Positions 38,795 through 47,654 of a stretch of 64,000 bases of DNA are shown here, one piece after another. The position numbers and the translations under genes are program-made. Below the pieces are notes generated by a model. That model was not told the origin of the DNA, made no database searches, and was given only the letters and a program-made list of their open reading frames with translations. Source of the DNA: an uncultured virus (IMG/VR IMGVR_UViG_3300027416_000239). Lineage: Duplodnaviria > Heunggongvirae > Uroviricota > Caudoviricetes. Numbering within the stretch: position 1 is the first letter of the stretch; every line of letters begins with the position of its first letter. Location of the stretch: IMG/VR virus record IMGVR_UViG_3300027416_000239; one strand, given 5' to 3'.

Positions 38795-38889
38795 GTAAAA
38801 AAGAATAGGCGTTAGGATTCGGCGTCCTATTAACAGCAACTTACTTTTACCGCTGCAGCGGTATGCTGAACTATTAGTCCTACTCTCTG

Positions 38890-38962
38890 AGCCTCCTGTC
38901 GGACTCGAACCAACGACCTACTGATTACAAATCAGTGGCTCTACCAACTGAGCTAAGGAGGC
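38890..38962 (-). tRNA. tRNA-Thr(TGT)
   Basis: GCCTCCTTAGCTCAG...CTGATTTGTAATCAG...GGTTCGAGTCC. Confidence 0.92.
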
Positions 38963-39091
38963 TTATAGGGGAGGTTATCAATGAGACGCCGTCCGGTAGG
39001 CGTACTCCCCACTCACTATCTTTTCCCGAAAGTCAACCACCGAAGTGGATTTAGAGGCTAGACTCAGTCTCTTTGCACACGTCTGGGTTCT

Positions 39092-39256
39092 TTATTTAGT
39101 AATCTTTAGGTAAAGCATATGGTAGTTAAACATCCAGAGTAGTGCGCTGAAGATCCAGCCAGCATCTGAATAGTCGCCAACTGATACGTTTAAACCAATA
39201 CCTACAATGTAAAGCAGGTACATTACCGGAAAGAAGTACTTAATGATTGTTTTCAT
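39092..39256 (-). CDS. Small membrane protein (54 aa, within tRNA array)
   Basis: Hand-translated MKTIIKYFFPVMYLLYIVGIGL...; 2 hydrophobic segments. Confidence 0.55.
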   Translation of the reverse strand: MKTIIKYFFPVMYLLYIVGIGLNVSVGDYSDAGWIFSALLWMFNYHMLYLKITK

Positions 39257-39278
39257 GTTTAAAACATTTAATAATTAG

Positions 39279-39351
39279 TCGGGATGACAGGACTCGAACC
39301 TCCAACCCCCTGGTCCCAAACCAGGTGCGCTACCACTTGCGCCACATCCCG
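39279..39351 (-). tRNA. tRNA-Pro(TGG)
   Basis: CGGGATG acceptor, CCTGGTTTGGGACCAGG arm, GGTTCGAGT. Confidence 0.9.
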
Positions 39352-39443
39352 AGCTGGTTGTTAGAGGACAACCATAACCTGCCACTGTAGCTCCACTCTA
39401 TCTTTAAATGGAATAGAGAAACCAGATGCATCTGACTGCGTAG

Positions 39444-39517
39444 TGATCCGAGAAGGATTCGAACCTTCGACCGACAGCTTAGAAGGCTGTTGCTCTATCC
39501 AGCTGAGCTATCGGACC
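39444..39517 (-). tRNA. tRNA-Arg(TCT)
   Basis: ACAGCCTTCTAAGCTGT arm, GGTTCGAATCC. Confidence 0.92.
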
Positions 39518-39634
39518 ATATTATAGAGAGGCTTCACTCCTTTAGCGCGCTTACAGCATCAGAGTCCGTACCTCAGGTTTTAAACGACCCGTCGACCGTA
39601 CCTTTGGATTTTACCTTTTCCTCCTCTCATTATG

Positions 39635-39716
39635 TGCGGATGAAGGGACTCGAACCCCCACGCGATTAAGCACCAGATCCTAAGTCTGGCGTGGCTACCA
39701 ATTACACCACATCCGC
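39635..39716 (-). tRNA. tRNA-Leu(TAG)
   Basis: CCAGACTTAGGATCTGG arm, variable arm, GGTTCGAGTCCC. Confidence 0.92.
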
Positions 39717-39762
39717 ATTCTATCTATCCAACATGTCAAAGAACCGTATATGGGTTTCCGTG

Positions 39763-39848
39763 TACTACTGGCCGGAATCGAACCGGCACGACCATCACTG
39801 GCCAAGGGATTTTAAGTCCCTCGTGTCTACCTATTTCACCACAGTAGC
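39763..39848 (-). tRNA. tRNA-Leu(TAA)
   Basis: AGGGACTTAAAATCCCT arm, variable arm, GGTTCGATTCC. Confidence 0.92.
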
Positions 39849-39858
39849 AAGTTTAGCA

Positions 39859-40050
39859 CTAGTCGTGCTGCTTTGTTTCGACATACACATCCCAGTCCGC
39901 AGCTGCAAGCTGCAGCGCAAGGATTGGATCGGTATTCGGATTTTCTTTGATTAATTCTAAGGCGTCTAAGACTATCTCGGCTTCTAATCCGTGATACATC
40001 GCCTGTGCCAGTATTTCGCTTACGTAACTCAACTCTTCTTCTTTACTCAT
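39859..40050 (-). CDS. Hypothetical protein
   Basis: 63 aa; its promoter (40051-40110) probably also drives the tRNA array. Confidence 0.65.
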   Translation of the reverse strand: MSKEEELSYVSEILAQAMYHGLEAEIVLDALELIKENPNTDPILALQLAAADWDVYVETKQHD

Positions 40051-40187
40051 AACCTCTTATTAACTCTATAAAGATACGAACGTTTTACTGTTCGGACAAC
40101 TCTTCGGGAAAACTTTCTTTATTTTTTTCTACCGAGTGCCAACTTAACGGGAGGTCGGGAGACCAATTATCGTATTCGTCTGTCCAA

Positions 40188-40322
40188 TCAATCTTCGTCA
40201 TCCCACACTCTCTTGTTTACTCGCTTATACTCCTTTTGACTTCCGTGATCCTTTTGAATCATCTTCCGGCGTATTAGCTGTGCTAGGTGTCTCTCCTGTT
40301 TTGTCTCCCTCCGGCGTTCCAT
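40188..40322 (-). CDS. Small basic protein (44 aa)
   Basis: Hand-translated MERRRETKQERHLAQLIRRKMIQKDHGSQKEYKRVNKRVWDDED. Confidence 0.45.
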   Translation of the reverse strand: MERRRETKQERHLAQLIRRKMIQKDHGSQKEYKRVNKRVWDDED

Positions 40323-40377
40323 AGTCGTCCCAATACAAAAATCTAAATTCGCTCATAACTTAAAGATAAGAACTTTA

Positions 40378-40548
40378 TTACTTATTTACAACTGTTCGGG
40401 AATACTTTTTGTATGCTTGTTCGTACGCTTCGACTCTCTCTACTTTGGGATTTTCCTTCATATAAAGGGAGGCAGTATCGTGCCATTGTGTAAAAAAACC
40501 TTCATTGAAAGCGAGGTGACCCAACTCCTCAATTCTCTTCTCACTCAT
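40378..40548 (-). CDS. Small hypothetical protein (56 aa)
   Basis: Hand-translated MSEKRIEELGHLAFNEGFFTQW... Confidence 0.55.
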   Translation of the reverse strand: MSEKRIEELGHLAFNEGFFTQWHDTASLYMKENPKVERVEAYEQAYKKYSRTVVNK

Positions 40549-40634
40549 GCTTGGGAAGTAATAGACAGTTAAACGACAAGTAATACTTTAATAAATAGCC
40601 CGGGAGCAAGGCCCGGTAGGGACTTTGAGAGAAA

Positions 40635-40697
40635 ATGCGCGTGGCACCTTCGGTGCGGGGAGAGAGACACGCCCCCTCGCCCGCCCCTTCGGCTTAA
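40635..40697 (-). ncRNA. Candidate structured GC-rich element, copy 2
   Basis: Shares ATGCGCGTGGCACCTTCGGTGCG core with 4218-4277. Confidence 0.5.
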
Positions 40698-40861
40698 CCA
40701 AACAACATCTGCTTGTGGCAGTCCTTCTTAAATACGTTGTACATCTCTCCTTGAGTATCTTCTAGGATTAGAAACTCTCCTTTGTCTTCTAAGACCTTCA
40801 AGTTCTTACCCACACATCGAGGATCGATACTACGAACAACATCTCCTGATTTAAAGCTCAT
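40694..40861 (-). CDS. Small hypothetical protein (55 aa)
   Basis: Hand-translated MSFKSGDVVRSIDPRCVG... Confidence 0.5.
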   Translation of the reverse strand: MSFKSGDVVRSIDPRCVGKNLKVLEDKGEFLILEDTQGEMYNVFKKDCHKQMLFG

Positions 40862-40981
40862 TATTGTTAGAGTTTTGAGGTTGTGGTTTCTTTTTCTTCT
40901 TTAGGATAGGGTACTTAGTCTGTGCCCAGTTATACCATTCGGTAAAAGCTAAGTAGCGTTGACGTCCTGTGATCTTACTCA

Positions 40982-42604
40982 TTACATAAATTGATTAAAG
41001 TCCATCTCTTGTTTGTTCTCTTCTTTAACGTTGCTGATAATACACTCGGTAGTCAACATAGTACGTGCGATAGAAGAAGCATTCTCTAATGCTAGGCGTG
41101 TTACCTTAGCAGGATCGATAATCCCTTCGTCGAACATATTTACATAGTCTTCAGTACGGAGATTAAATCCTTGCCAGAAGTTATCCGATTCAACAATCTT
41201 TTCTAGAATACTCTCGATTCTATCTTTTGTAAAGCCTGCATTGCTTAAAATAGTATCAAAAGGCATTCCAATAGCGCTCATTAGAATTCTATAACCTTCT
41301 ACTTCTGAGGAGTTTAAGCCTTCTGGTATCGTTAGTACCTGTGCTGCATTAAGGAGTGCAATACCTCCTCCGGGTAGAATACCTTCTTCTAGAGCTGCTT
41401 TAGTAGCGTGAAGGGCATCCTCTACTCGGTCTTTCTTCTCTTTCATCTCAAGTTCAGACTGACCTCCTACGTGTACGATAGCCACGCCTCCGATCAATCG
41501 TCCTAAGCGGTCCTGTAGGGTCTCCTTTTCAAAAGGTGATTTACTATTATCGATAAGAGCTTTAATCTCCTCAATGCGAGCACTGATAGCTTCCGTGTCT
41601 CCTTTACCGTCTACAATCGTAGTATCGTCTTTACCGATAGTGATCTTACGAGAAGAACCTAACCAGTCTGGGTTGAATTTATCAAGTCGCATACCTTTCT
41701 CAGTACTTACTACTTGACCTCCTGTTAACACAGCAATGTCTTCTAGCATAGCTTTCTTACGATCTCCAAAGTCTGGAGCTTTAACTGCTACTACTTGAAG
41801 GATGCCTCGCATCTTATTAACGACCAAAGTGGAGAGAGCCTCGCCATCGATGTCATCAGCGATGATGAGCAATGGTTTGTTCTGTGAAGAGCAAGCCTCA
41901 AGGATTGGCAGTAGCTCTTTTGCGGCAGTGACTTTCTTATCTGTAATCAAAACGAGAGGGTTGCTCAAAACGGCAGTCATGGAATTGTTATCCGTGACAA
42001 AGTATATAGACTTGTATCCTCGATTAAACTGCATACCCTCAACAACCTCGAGGTAAGTCTCACCTGTGCGAGACTCCTCAATCGTCACTACGCCTTCTCG
42101 TCCCACCTTGTCCATCGATGAAGCGATAAGCTCTCCCACTTCTGGGTCGTTGTTAGCTGAGATAGTTGCTACTTGACGCAACTGATTCTCATCTGTAATC
42201 TCTCTAGCATTCTTCTCTAAGTAATCTACAACGGCTGTAGTAGCTTTAGCAATACCGCGACTGACATCAGTAGCATTATGGAAGTCTAAAGAACCTAAAC
42301 CGTGTTTGTAAATCTCAGCTGCTAGCAGAGTTGATGTAGTAGTACCGTCACCGGCACCGTCTGCTGTTTTAATAGATGCCTGCTTAACAAGCTGTGCACC
42401 CATATTCTCAACTGTATCTTCTAATTCAACAGCCTTAGCTACTGTAACACCGTCTTTAGTAGAGATAGGGTTACCTTGCTGCTGTTCGATAATAACGTTA
42501 CGTCCGTTAGGACCTAGCGTAGCTGTTACAGCATTTGAAAGTTTCTCTACACCGTTAAGAAGACCTTTACGGGCATCATTTGAAAATTCTATACGTTTAC
42601 TCAT
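40982..42604 (-). CDS. groEL: Chaperonin GroEL
   Basis: TLGPNGRNV, TKDGVTVA, AGDGTTT, KAPDFGDR, EEGILPGGG. Confidence 0.97.
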   Translation of the reverse strand: MSKRIEFSNDARKGLLNGVEKLSNAVTATLGPNGRNVIIEQQQGNPISTKDGVTVAKAVELEDTVENMGAQLVKQASIKTADGAGDGTTTSTLLAAEIYKHGLGSLDFHNATDVSRGIAKATTAVVDYLEKNAREITDENQLRQVATISANNDPEVGELIASSMDKVGREGVVTIEESRTGETYLEVVEGMQFNRGYKSIYFVTDNNSMTAVLSNPLVLITDKKVTAAKELLPILEACSSQNKPLLIIADDIDGEALSTLVVNKMRGILQVVAVKAPDFGDRKKAMLEDIAVLTGGQVVSTEKGMRLDKFNPDWLGSSRKITIGKDDTTIVDGKGDTEAISARIEEIKALIDNSKSPFEKETLQDRLGRLIGGVAIVHVGGQSELEMKEKKDRVEDALHATKAALEEGILPGGGIALLNAAQVLTIPEGLNSSEVEGYRILMSAIGMPFDTILSNAGFTKDRIESILEKIVESDNFWQGFNLRTEDYVNMFDEGIIDPAKVTRLALENASSIARTMLTTECIISNVKEENKQEMDFNQFM

Positions 42605-42927
42605 AGTAATTCGTGATCTGATTCTGGATTATATGTTTCTTGTACTTTACAGAGAACTTCTCGAGATTGAGCAATGTAGAACTCTTCGCCTTCAAACTCT
42701 ACTCGGAGGGTTCCAATCTTAGGTAGCAATACAATATCACCTACATTAAAGTTAACTGGGATAAATTTACCGTATTCGGACATACGTCCAGGTCCTACAG
42801 CAATAACTTCGCCCATCTCAGGACGTTCTTTACCCATATCAGCGATGATGATGTTACCGTACATCTGCTCAGTCTCTTCTATAGGTTTAACGACCAAGCG
42901 GTCATTCATAGGTACTAATCTTTTCAT
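42601..42927 (-). CDS. groES: Co-chaperonin GroES
   Basis: PMNDRLVV, GEVIAVGPG, VGDIV. Confidence 0.93.
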   Translation of the reverse strand: MKRLVPMNDRLVVKPIEETEQMYGNIIIADMGKERPEMGEVIAVGPGRMSEYGKFIPVNFNVGDIVLLPKIGTLRVEFEGEEFYIAQSREVLCKVQETYNPESDHELL

Positions 42928-43205
42928 ACTGGGATGCGATTATTTAATTGTGTGATTACATTATCATAGGCCTTCAGAAAGTCTGTAAGATCTACTGTCT
43001 GTTGATTAAGACTTTCAACTGTAAGGTATCGAGCTGCTCTTTTGATTGCTCCTTCTAGACTGCTATAATAACCTAAAGGTAAAGTAGAACCTTCGATCAT
43101 TAAAGTGTACTGAGTTTCATCCATACTAATATAGTACGGTGTTAACATATCGTCTTTGATTGTTACTTGGGGCTTTACATGCCCAGCCTTTTTTCCTCTT
43201 GCCAT
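42924..43205 (-). CDS. Hypothetical protein
   Basis: 93 aa; own promoter. Confidence 0.7.
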   Translation of the reverse strand: MARGKKAGHVKPQVTIKDDMLTPYYISMDETQYTLMIEGSTLPLGYYSSLEGAIKRAARYLTVESLNQQTVDLTDFLKAYDNVITQLNNRIPV

Positions 43206-43265
43206 AACTTGTTTTGATTATACTCTTAATATACGAAAAAGAGTACAGGGAGCCAACTCTATAAC

Positions 43266-43706
43266 TTATTTAATTTTAACTTTCGTAGGTTTATTTTCCT
43301 CAGTGTGAGGGATATTAATTGTTAAGAGACCATCCTGCATCTTAGCATCGATAGCTTCCATGTCAAATCTACGAGCAATCTTATAACCTAAATTGAAGGA
43401 ACGTTTGGCAATTCCTTTGTGATACACTCTGAGGTTCTCAGGATCTTTTTTAAGCCTGTCCTCTGAGTTATGTACAATACGGAGTACGTCACCTTCCACA
43501 TTAATCTCAACATCTGATTTGCTAAGACCTGTGCAGGCAATCTCGAAAAATAGTCCGTGTTGTGTTTCGTAAATGTCGACCGGGTGTCCGATCTTGTTGT
43601 CTACCGGAGAATTAAAGGTAGAGTTCTGATTGAAGAAATCCTTGAAAAGGATATCAAATGTTGAGGATACGTTATTATCCCACAACTTGTAGTTGATTTG
43701 TGTCAT
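43266..43706 (-). CDS. Small heat-shock protein (Hsp20/IbpA-like)
   Basis: PVDIYE, HKGIAKRSF, AKMQDGLLTINIP, IKI-like tail. Confidence 0.92.
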   Translation of the reverse strand: MTQINYKLWDNNVSSTFDILFKDFFNQNSTFNSPVDNKIGHPVDIYETQHGLFFEIACTGLSKSDVEINVEGDVLRIVHNSEDRLKKDPENLRVYHKGIAKRSFNLGYKIARRFDMEAIDAKMQDGLLTINIPHTEENKPTKVKIK

Positions 43707-43813
43707 AGTCCTTAGATCTATTTAGTTAGTAATTTATGTAACCCGACTCCCATTCGGTGAGTCATCTTATGAGCGGCTCCCTGCTCTTTCATATAAATAT
43801 ATACGATTTATTT

Positions 43814-46156
43814 TTAGTGGCCGTCTCTCCAGTTATAAGAAATCTCAGGAGGTGCTTTTAGAGTTACTCCTTCAAGCTTGGTAGTACTCTCCATAATCTC
43901 TTTTACGATAGGAGCTACAAACTCTGCCTGGTCTTCTGGTACGTTAATGATCAACTGGTCATGTACCTGTGCTTGAACACGGCCGTCGATCCCAAGCTCT
44001 TTCAGCTTGCGATTGATCTGTACTGCCGCTCGGTTTACGACAGCCGCTGCAAGGCTCTGCAGTTGGTAGTTCAAACAGTTATTCAGTCCGTTTCGGTAGT
44101 CACGGTACCATTGTAGTACTTGATCCTTGCCATAACGTTCTGAAAGGTCTTTCCGGAACTTCCAGTCCATGATCTGGTCTCCGAAAGTATCGTACATCTT
44201 TTTAACTTTAGGTAGGTGACGGATACGGCCTACCTTATTCTTAATAAAGCCATGCTCTTTAACCTGCTTACGAGAGTTAATACGCCACTGCTTAAGTTGA
44301 GGAAATCCATTTAGGTAACCATCTACAAGTACTTCGGCTTCTTTCTGAGAGATGCCTAGTGTCATTCCTAGAGCGTAAGCTTCCATACCATATGCAATAC
44401 CGAGGGAGTAAGCCTTAGCTTGGTTACGCTTAACAGGGTCTAACTTCTTAAGGTAGTTAGGAGCTCTCTTATCAGCTGATACTCCGTCAGGGTACTTATC
44501 TCGCTGCTCATCTAGCTTCTCAGTTCTGATAGCAACAGTAGAGTAGAAGTCCCATCCGTTGTTAAAGATCTCCTGAAGGTTAATGTCTCCTGATACAGAA
44601 GCAAAGCAGTGAGGTTCCAATGACTCGTAGTCAGCATCGATAATTTTACGTCCTGGTCCTGAGGTTAAGAAAGCACGGACGATATTAGTATACTTGACGA
44701 TGATAGGAGCATCTTCTCCTTCCTCTTTAGGCTTAGGTAGTTGCTGAGCATCTGAACCATAACGGCCTGATACAGTACCGTTCTGTTTAAAGTAGAAGTA
44801 GTAACGTCCGTCTTCGTGATTATCTACAAAGCGATCGATATAAGTAGACTTAATCTTAAGTAGCTTGTTATAGATACGAAGATTCTCAGCCCATTCGTAG
44901 TCTTTAGAGAGCTCTTCAATCATATCCATGTCAAACTTATCACGACCGGACTTAGTATTAGCTCCTGATACAAGAGGTTTAATACCCATATAGTCAAATA
45001 CAAGTTCACCTAAGTGTTTCTTAGATTGAATGTTGATATACTCCCCATCATTCTTCTCTTTCCATAATGCCATAGAGATTTTAAGTACCTCCATTTCATT
45101 CAGCACATCTAAGTTTCCAGTTAAGAGGTACTCTTTAGCAGGAGAATCTTCTAGCTCTCCTACAGTCTTTTGAGTAATAGAGTACTTACCGGTCTTCTCA
45201 GATTTAGGCAGAGGTAAAGAGTAACGCATAGCTAAGTATTGTGCCCATGTTCCTTTATGAGAAGGTGGGAACTCTTTTAGAGCAGTATCTACAACCCATT
45301 CTTTACCGGCTGGTAGAGCTAGAATAGAGTCAAGTACAATCTTTTTATTCTTCTGAAGATCTTCAATAATCTCTTTCTTAGTCTCTTCTAGTAGCTCTAA
45401 GTCTAAATCTACTCCCATCTCTTCCATAGGAATAGTTACTTCACGGTACAGAGGCATAACTTCCTCTTCAAAGAAGAACTGCTCTAAGTTCTCTTCTTTA
45501 AGTTTCTGAATAAAGTAAGTACATACTCGGAGAGTTAAGTCAGTATCGGCAGCGGCATACTTTGATAGTACGTCCATGTCTGCTTTGTAGATCTCAAAGC
45601 TTTCCTTAGTTACTGAGCCTCCGTTACGTTTGATAGACTCTTTCAGTTCGATCTGCTCTTCGTTAGCAGCCTTCTCTACATCTAGACCGATGTGCTCTTG
45701 AATAGAAATAGCTAGAGGCTTAAGACCGAATACTCCCATACCTGCTCCTTCTTCTTGGACGGTATGTACTAGCAGAGCAGTATCAACCCAGAGACTATCT
45801 AGTAAGTTAACACCGTAGAAGTTCTTAGTAAATCGGCAGTCAAACGATGCGTTGTGCATCACAAGCTTCTTACCGACTAGCATACTTAAGATCTTCTTAG
45901 CTAAGGTATGACAACCGATGCCTTCGATCTGAAGTTCATCTAGAGTCTCAGTAGCGTGATTCCAAGCCATAGTTGGCATATAGAAACCAATACCAATATC
46001 ACCTGAGACGGAGAAGCCGACTACTTTACCCTTACGCATGTTAAGGGAGTCGGTCTCGGTATCGTACGCAATAACGTTTGATTCGTTAATGTGCTGGATG
46101 AGTAGGTTAACAGTTTCCTTATCTGTAACCGTATAATACTTTTTTTCTATCGACAT
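43814..46156 (-). CDS. polA: Family A DNA polymerase with 3'-5' exonuclease
   Basis: DTET, HNASFD, YAAAD exonuclease motifs; TVSGR, DADYESLE, RNQAKAYSLGIAYG, QVHDQ. Confidence 0.93.
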   Translation of the reverse strand: MSIEKKYYTVTDKETVNLLIQHINESNVIAYDTETDSLNMRKGKVVGFSVSGDIGIGFYMPTMAWNHATETLDELQIEGIGCHTLAKKILSMLVGKKLVMHNASFDCRFTKNFYGVNLLDSLWVDTALLVHTVQEEGAGMGVFGLKPLAISIQEHIGLDVEKAANEEQIELKESIKRNGGSVTKESFEIYKADMDVLSKYAAADTDLTLRVCTYFIQKLKEENLEQFFFEEEVMPLYREVTIPMEEMGVDLDLELLEETKKEIIEDLQKNKKIVLDSILALPAGKEWVVDTALKEFPPSHKGTWAQYLAMRYSLPLPKSEKTGKYSITQKTVGELEDSPAKEYLLTGNLDVLNEMEVLKISMALWKEKNDGEYINIQSKKHLGELVFDYMGIKPLVSGANTKSGRDKFDMDMIEELSKDYEWAENLRIYNKLLKIKSTYIDRFVDNHEDGRYYFYFKQNGTVSGRYGSDAQQLPKPKEEGEDAPIIVKYTNIVRAFLTSGPGRKIIDADYESLEPHCFASVSGDINLQEIFNNGWDFYSTVAIRTEKLDEQRDKYPDGVSADKRAPNYLKKLDPVKRNQAKAYSLGIAYGMEAYALGMTLGISQKEAEVLVDGYLNGFPQLKQWRINSRKQVKEHGFIKNKVGRIRHLPKVKKMYDTFGDQIMDWKFRKDLSERYGKDQVLQWYRDYRNGLNNCLNYQLQSLAAAVVNRAAVQINRKLKELGIDGRVQAQVHDQLIINVPEDQAEFVAPIVKEIMESTTKLEGVTLKAPPEISYNWRDGH

Positions 46157-46159
46157 ATA

Positions 46160-46684
46160 TTAAAGATAAGAAATTTCATTTAGATTACAAACTAGGTAGT
46201 TTTCTACCAGAGTATTCCAGTTATCATTAGTCGGACGAATTGCACGCTTCTTGCGACTACCCATCGTCATCCAATTAATCATTTTACGCTCACGGCGTTC
46301 GTGTAGATTAAATGCGCTTTGGTTAACTATTACCTGACGAGGTACGTTAAATACTTCTCCTGTATCACAGACGATAAGTAGAAAATCAAAATCTAAGTCT
46401 GAATGTAGAGTTACAAGATTTCGTTCTGAAGATTTAGGTACGTGCATCTTAGGGCTAAGATACTTTGTAGAATACCTTCCAAGCTTACCTGTACCGTCGA
46501 TATTATTTTCACGAGGTGGTGCTGGTGTGTATTCTTTATCTCCAATAATTTCTTTTATAACTAACAAGGCTACTGCTTCACCGTACAGGCCACTTAGCTG
46601 ATCAGGGTCAAGTTTAAGCTTTGATGCTAGCTCTCTACATTTATTAAGCGTCTCAATCAGCTCTACTACTTCAGTCTTACTCAT
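46160..46684 (-). CDS. Putative PD-(D/E)XK-type endonuclease
   Basis: GLYGE...IDG...STK...FDFLLIV pattern; own promoter. Confidence 0.45.
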   Translation of the reverse strand: MSKTEVVELIETLNKCRELASKLKLDPDQLSGLYGEAVALLVIKEIIGDKEYTPAPPRENNIDGTGKLGRYSTKYLSPKMHVPKSSERNLVTLHSDLDFDFLLIVCDTGEVFNVPRQVIVNQSAFNLHERRERKMINWMTMGSRKKRAIRPTNDNWNTLVENYLVCNLNEISYL

Positions 46685-46717
46685 AACCGTTACTTTTTAA
46701 TACTCTATAAAGATAAG

Positions 46718-46736
46718 AAAGGAGCCCGTAGGCTCC
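46718..46736 (-). terminator. Probable terminator hairpin
   Basis: GGAGCC-TACG-GGCTCC followed by TTTCTT, after queF. Confidence 0.55.
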
Positions 46737-46739
46737 AAC

Positions 46740-47654
46740 TTATTGACGTAAAGTTTTTCTCATTCGTTTACCCGAATCAGTAAACCATCCTGGGATCATA
46801 TCTTTATGTGTAGCTCGAATAGGATTAATATCCAATCCACCACGACGTGTATATAAACATGCTACCATAAGCTTCTCAGGTTGATAGGCTTGCTGAAGGT
46901 GAGTAAATACCATCTCACAGATCTCTTCATGGAAGTGAGATACTGTACGGTGACTAACGATATACTTGGCTAGTGACTCAAGCTTAATTGAGTTATGACC
47001 TTGCATATGGATGTAGATATCACCCCAGTCAGGCTGGTTAGTTACTCGGCAGTTACTACGTAGCAAGTTAGAACTTACTTTAGTTGTAACAGACATTGGA
47101 AGATTGCCGCCAATCTCAAGCTGACCTGCATCAGACTTAAAGGCTGTAAACTCAATGTTGTCAAGGTTTACTGTTGCACCTAAGTCTGTAAAGCCATCAA
47201 ACTCAAACTCTGGAGTGTATGTATTGCCGAAGAAGGTACAGGTTACATTTCCTCCTAGTAGGTCAGTTAGGTCTTTAGCTACTGTTGTTTCAATCTCCTT
47301 GATACACTCCTTAGCTGTCTGACCCATCGGAGTCATATTCAAAGAGTTCAAGTATAATTTGATAGACTTTGACTCAACGTGAAACTCTGTATTAGCTGGG
47401 CATACAATCTTTAACATACCTGCTACAGGCTGACCTTTTTTAGTAATAGCTGAAACTTCATAAGCGTTCCAAGCATCTACTCCTACGAATGGAAGATTAC
47501 TCTCCTCAATTCCGTAAGCTTCTCGGTTTAAATAACGAGGTACTGCTACTAGCAACTCAGCATTGTACTGATCTGAGTAACCTTCTCCACCTACCTTACC
47601 GAGGTGTTTACCAGCAATCTCAACGACTGCATTGTAGTTCTTTACTTCTTCCAT
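46740..47654 (-). CDS. queF: 7-cyano-7-deazaguanine reductase (bimodular QueF)
   Basis: ESKSIKLYLNS QueF motif, CRVTNQPDWG, FHEE, YTRRGGLDINP. Confidence 0.92.
   Translation of the reverse strand: MEEVKNYNAVVEIAGKHLGKVGGEGYSDQYNAELLVAVPRYLNREAYGIEESNLPFVGVDAWNAYEVSAITKKGQPVAGMLKIVCPANTEFHVESKSIKLYLNSLNMTPMGQTAKECIKEIETTVAKDLTDLLGGNVTCTFFGNTYTPEFEFDGFTDLGATVNLDNIEFTAFKSDAGQLEIGGNLPMSVTTKVSSNLLRSNCRVTNQPDWGDIYIHMQGHNSIKLESLAKYIVSHRTVSHFHEEICEMVFTHLQQAYQPEKLMVACLYTRRGGLDINPIRATHKDMIPGWFTDSGKRMRKTLRQ

Noticed and set aside
43814..46156. Intron or intein in polA (or in nrdA)
   Set aside because: Reading frames are continuous and of ordinary length, with no intein splice motifs recognised
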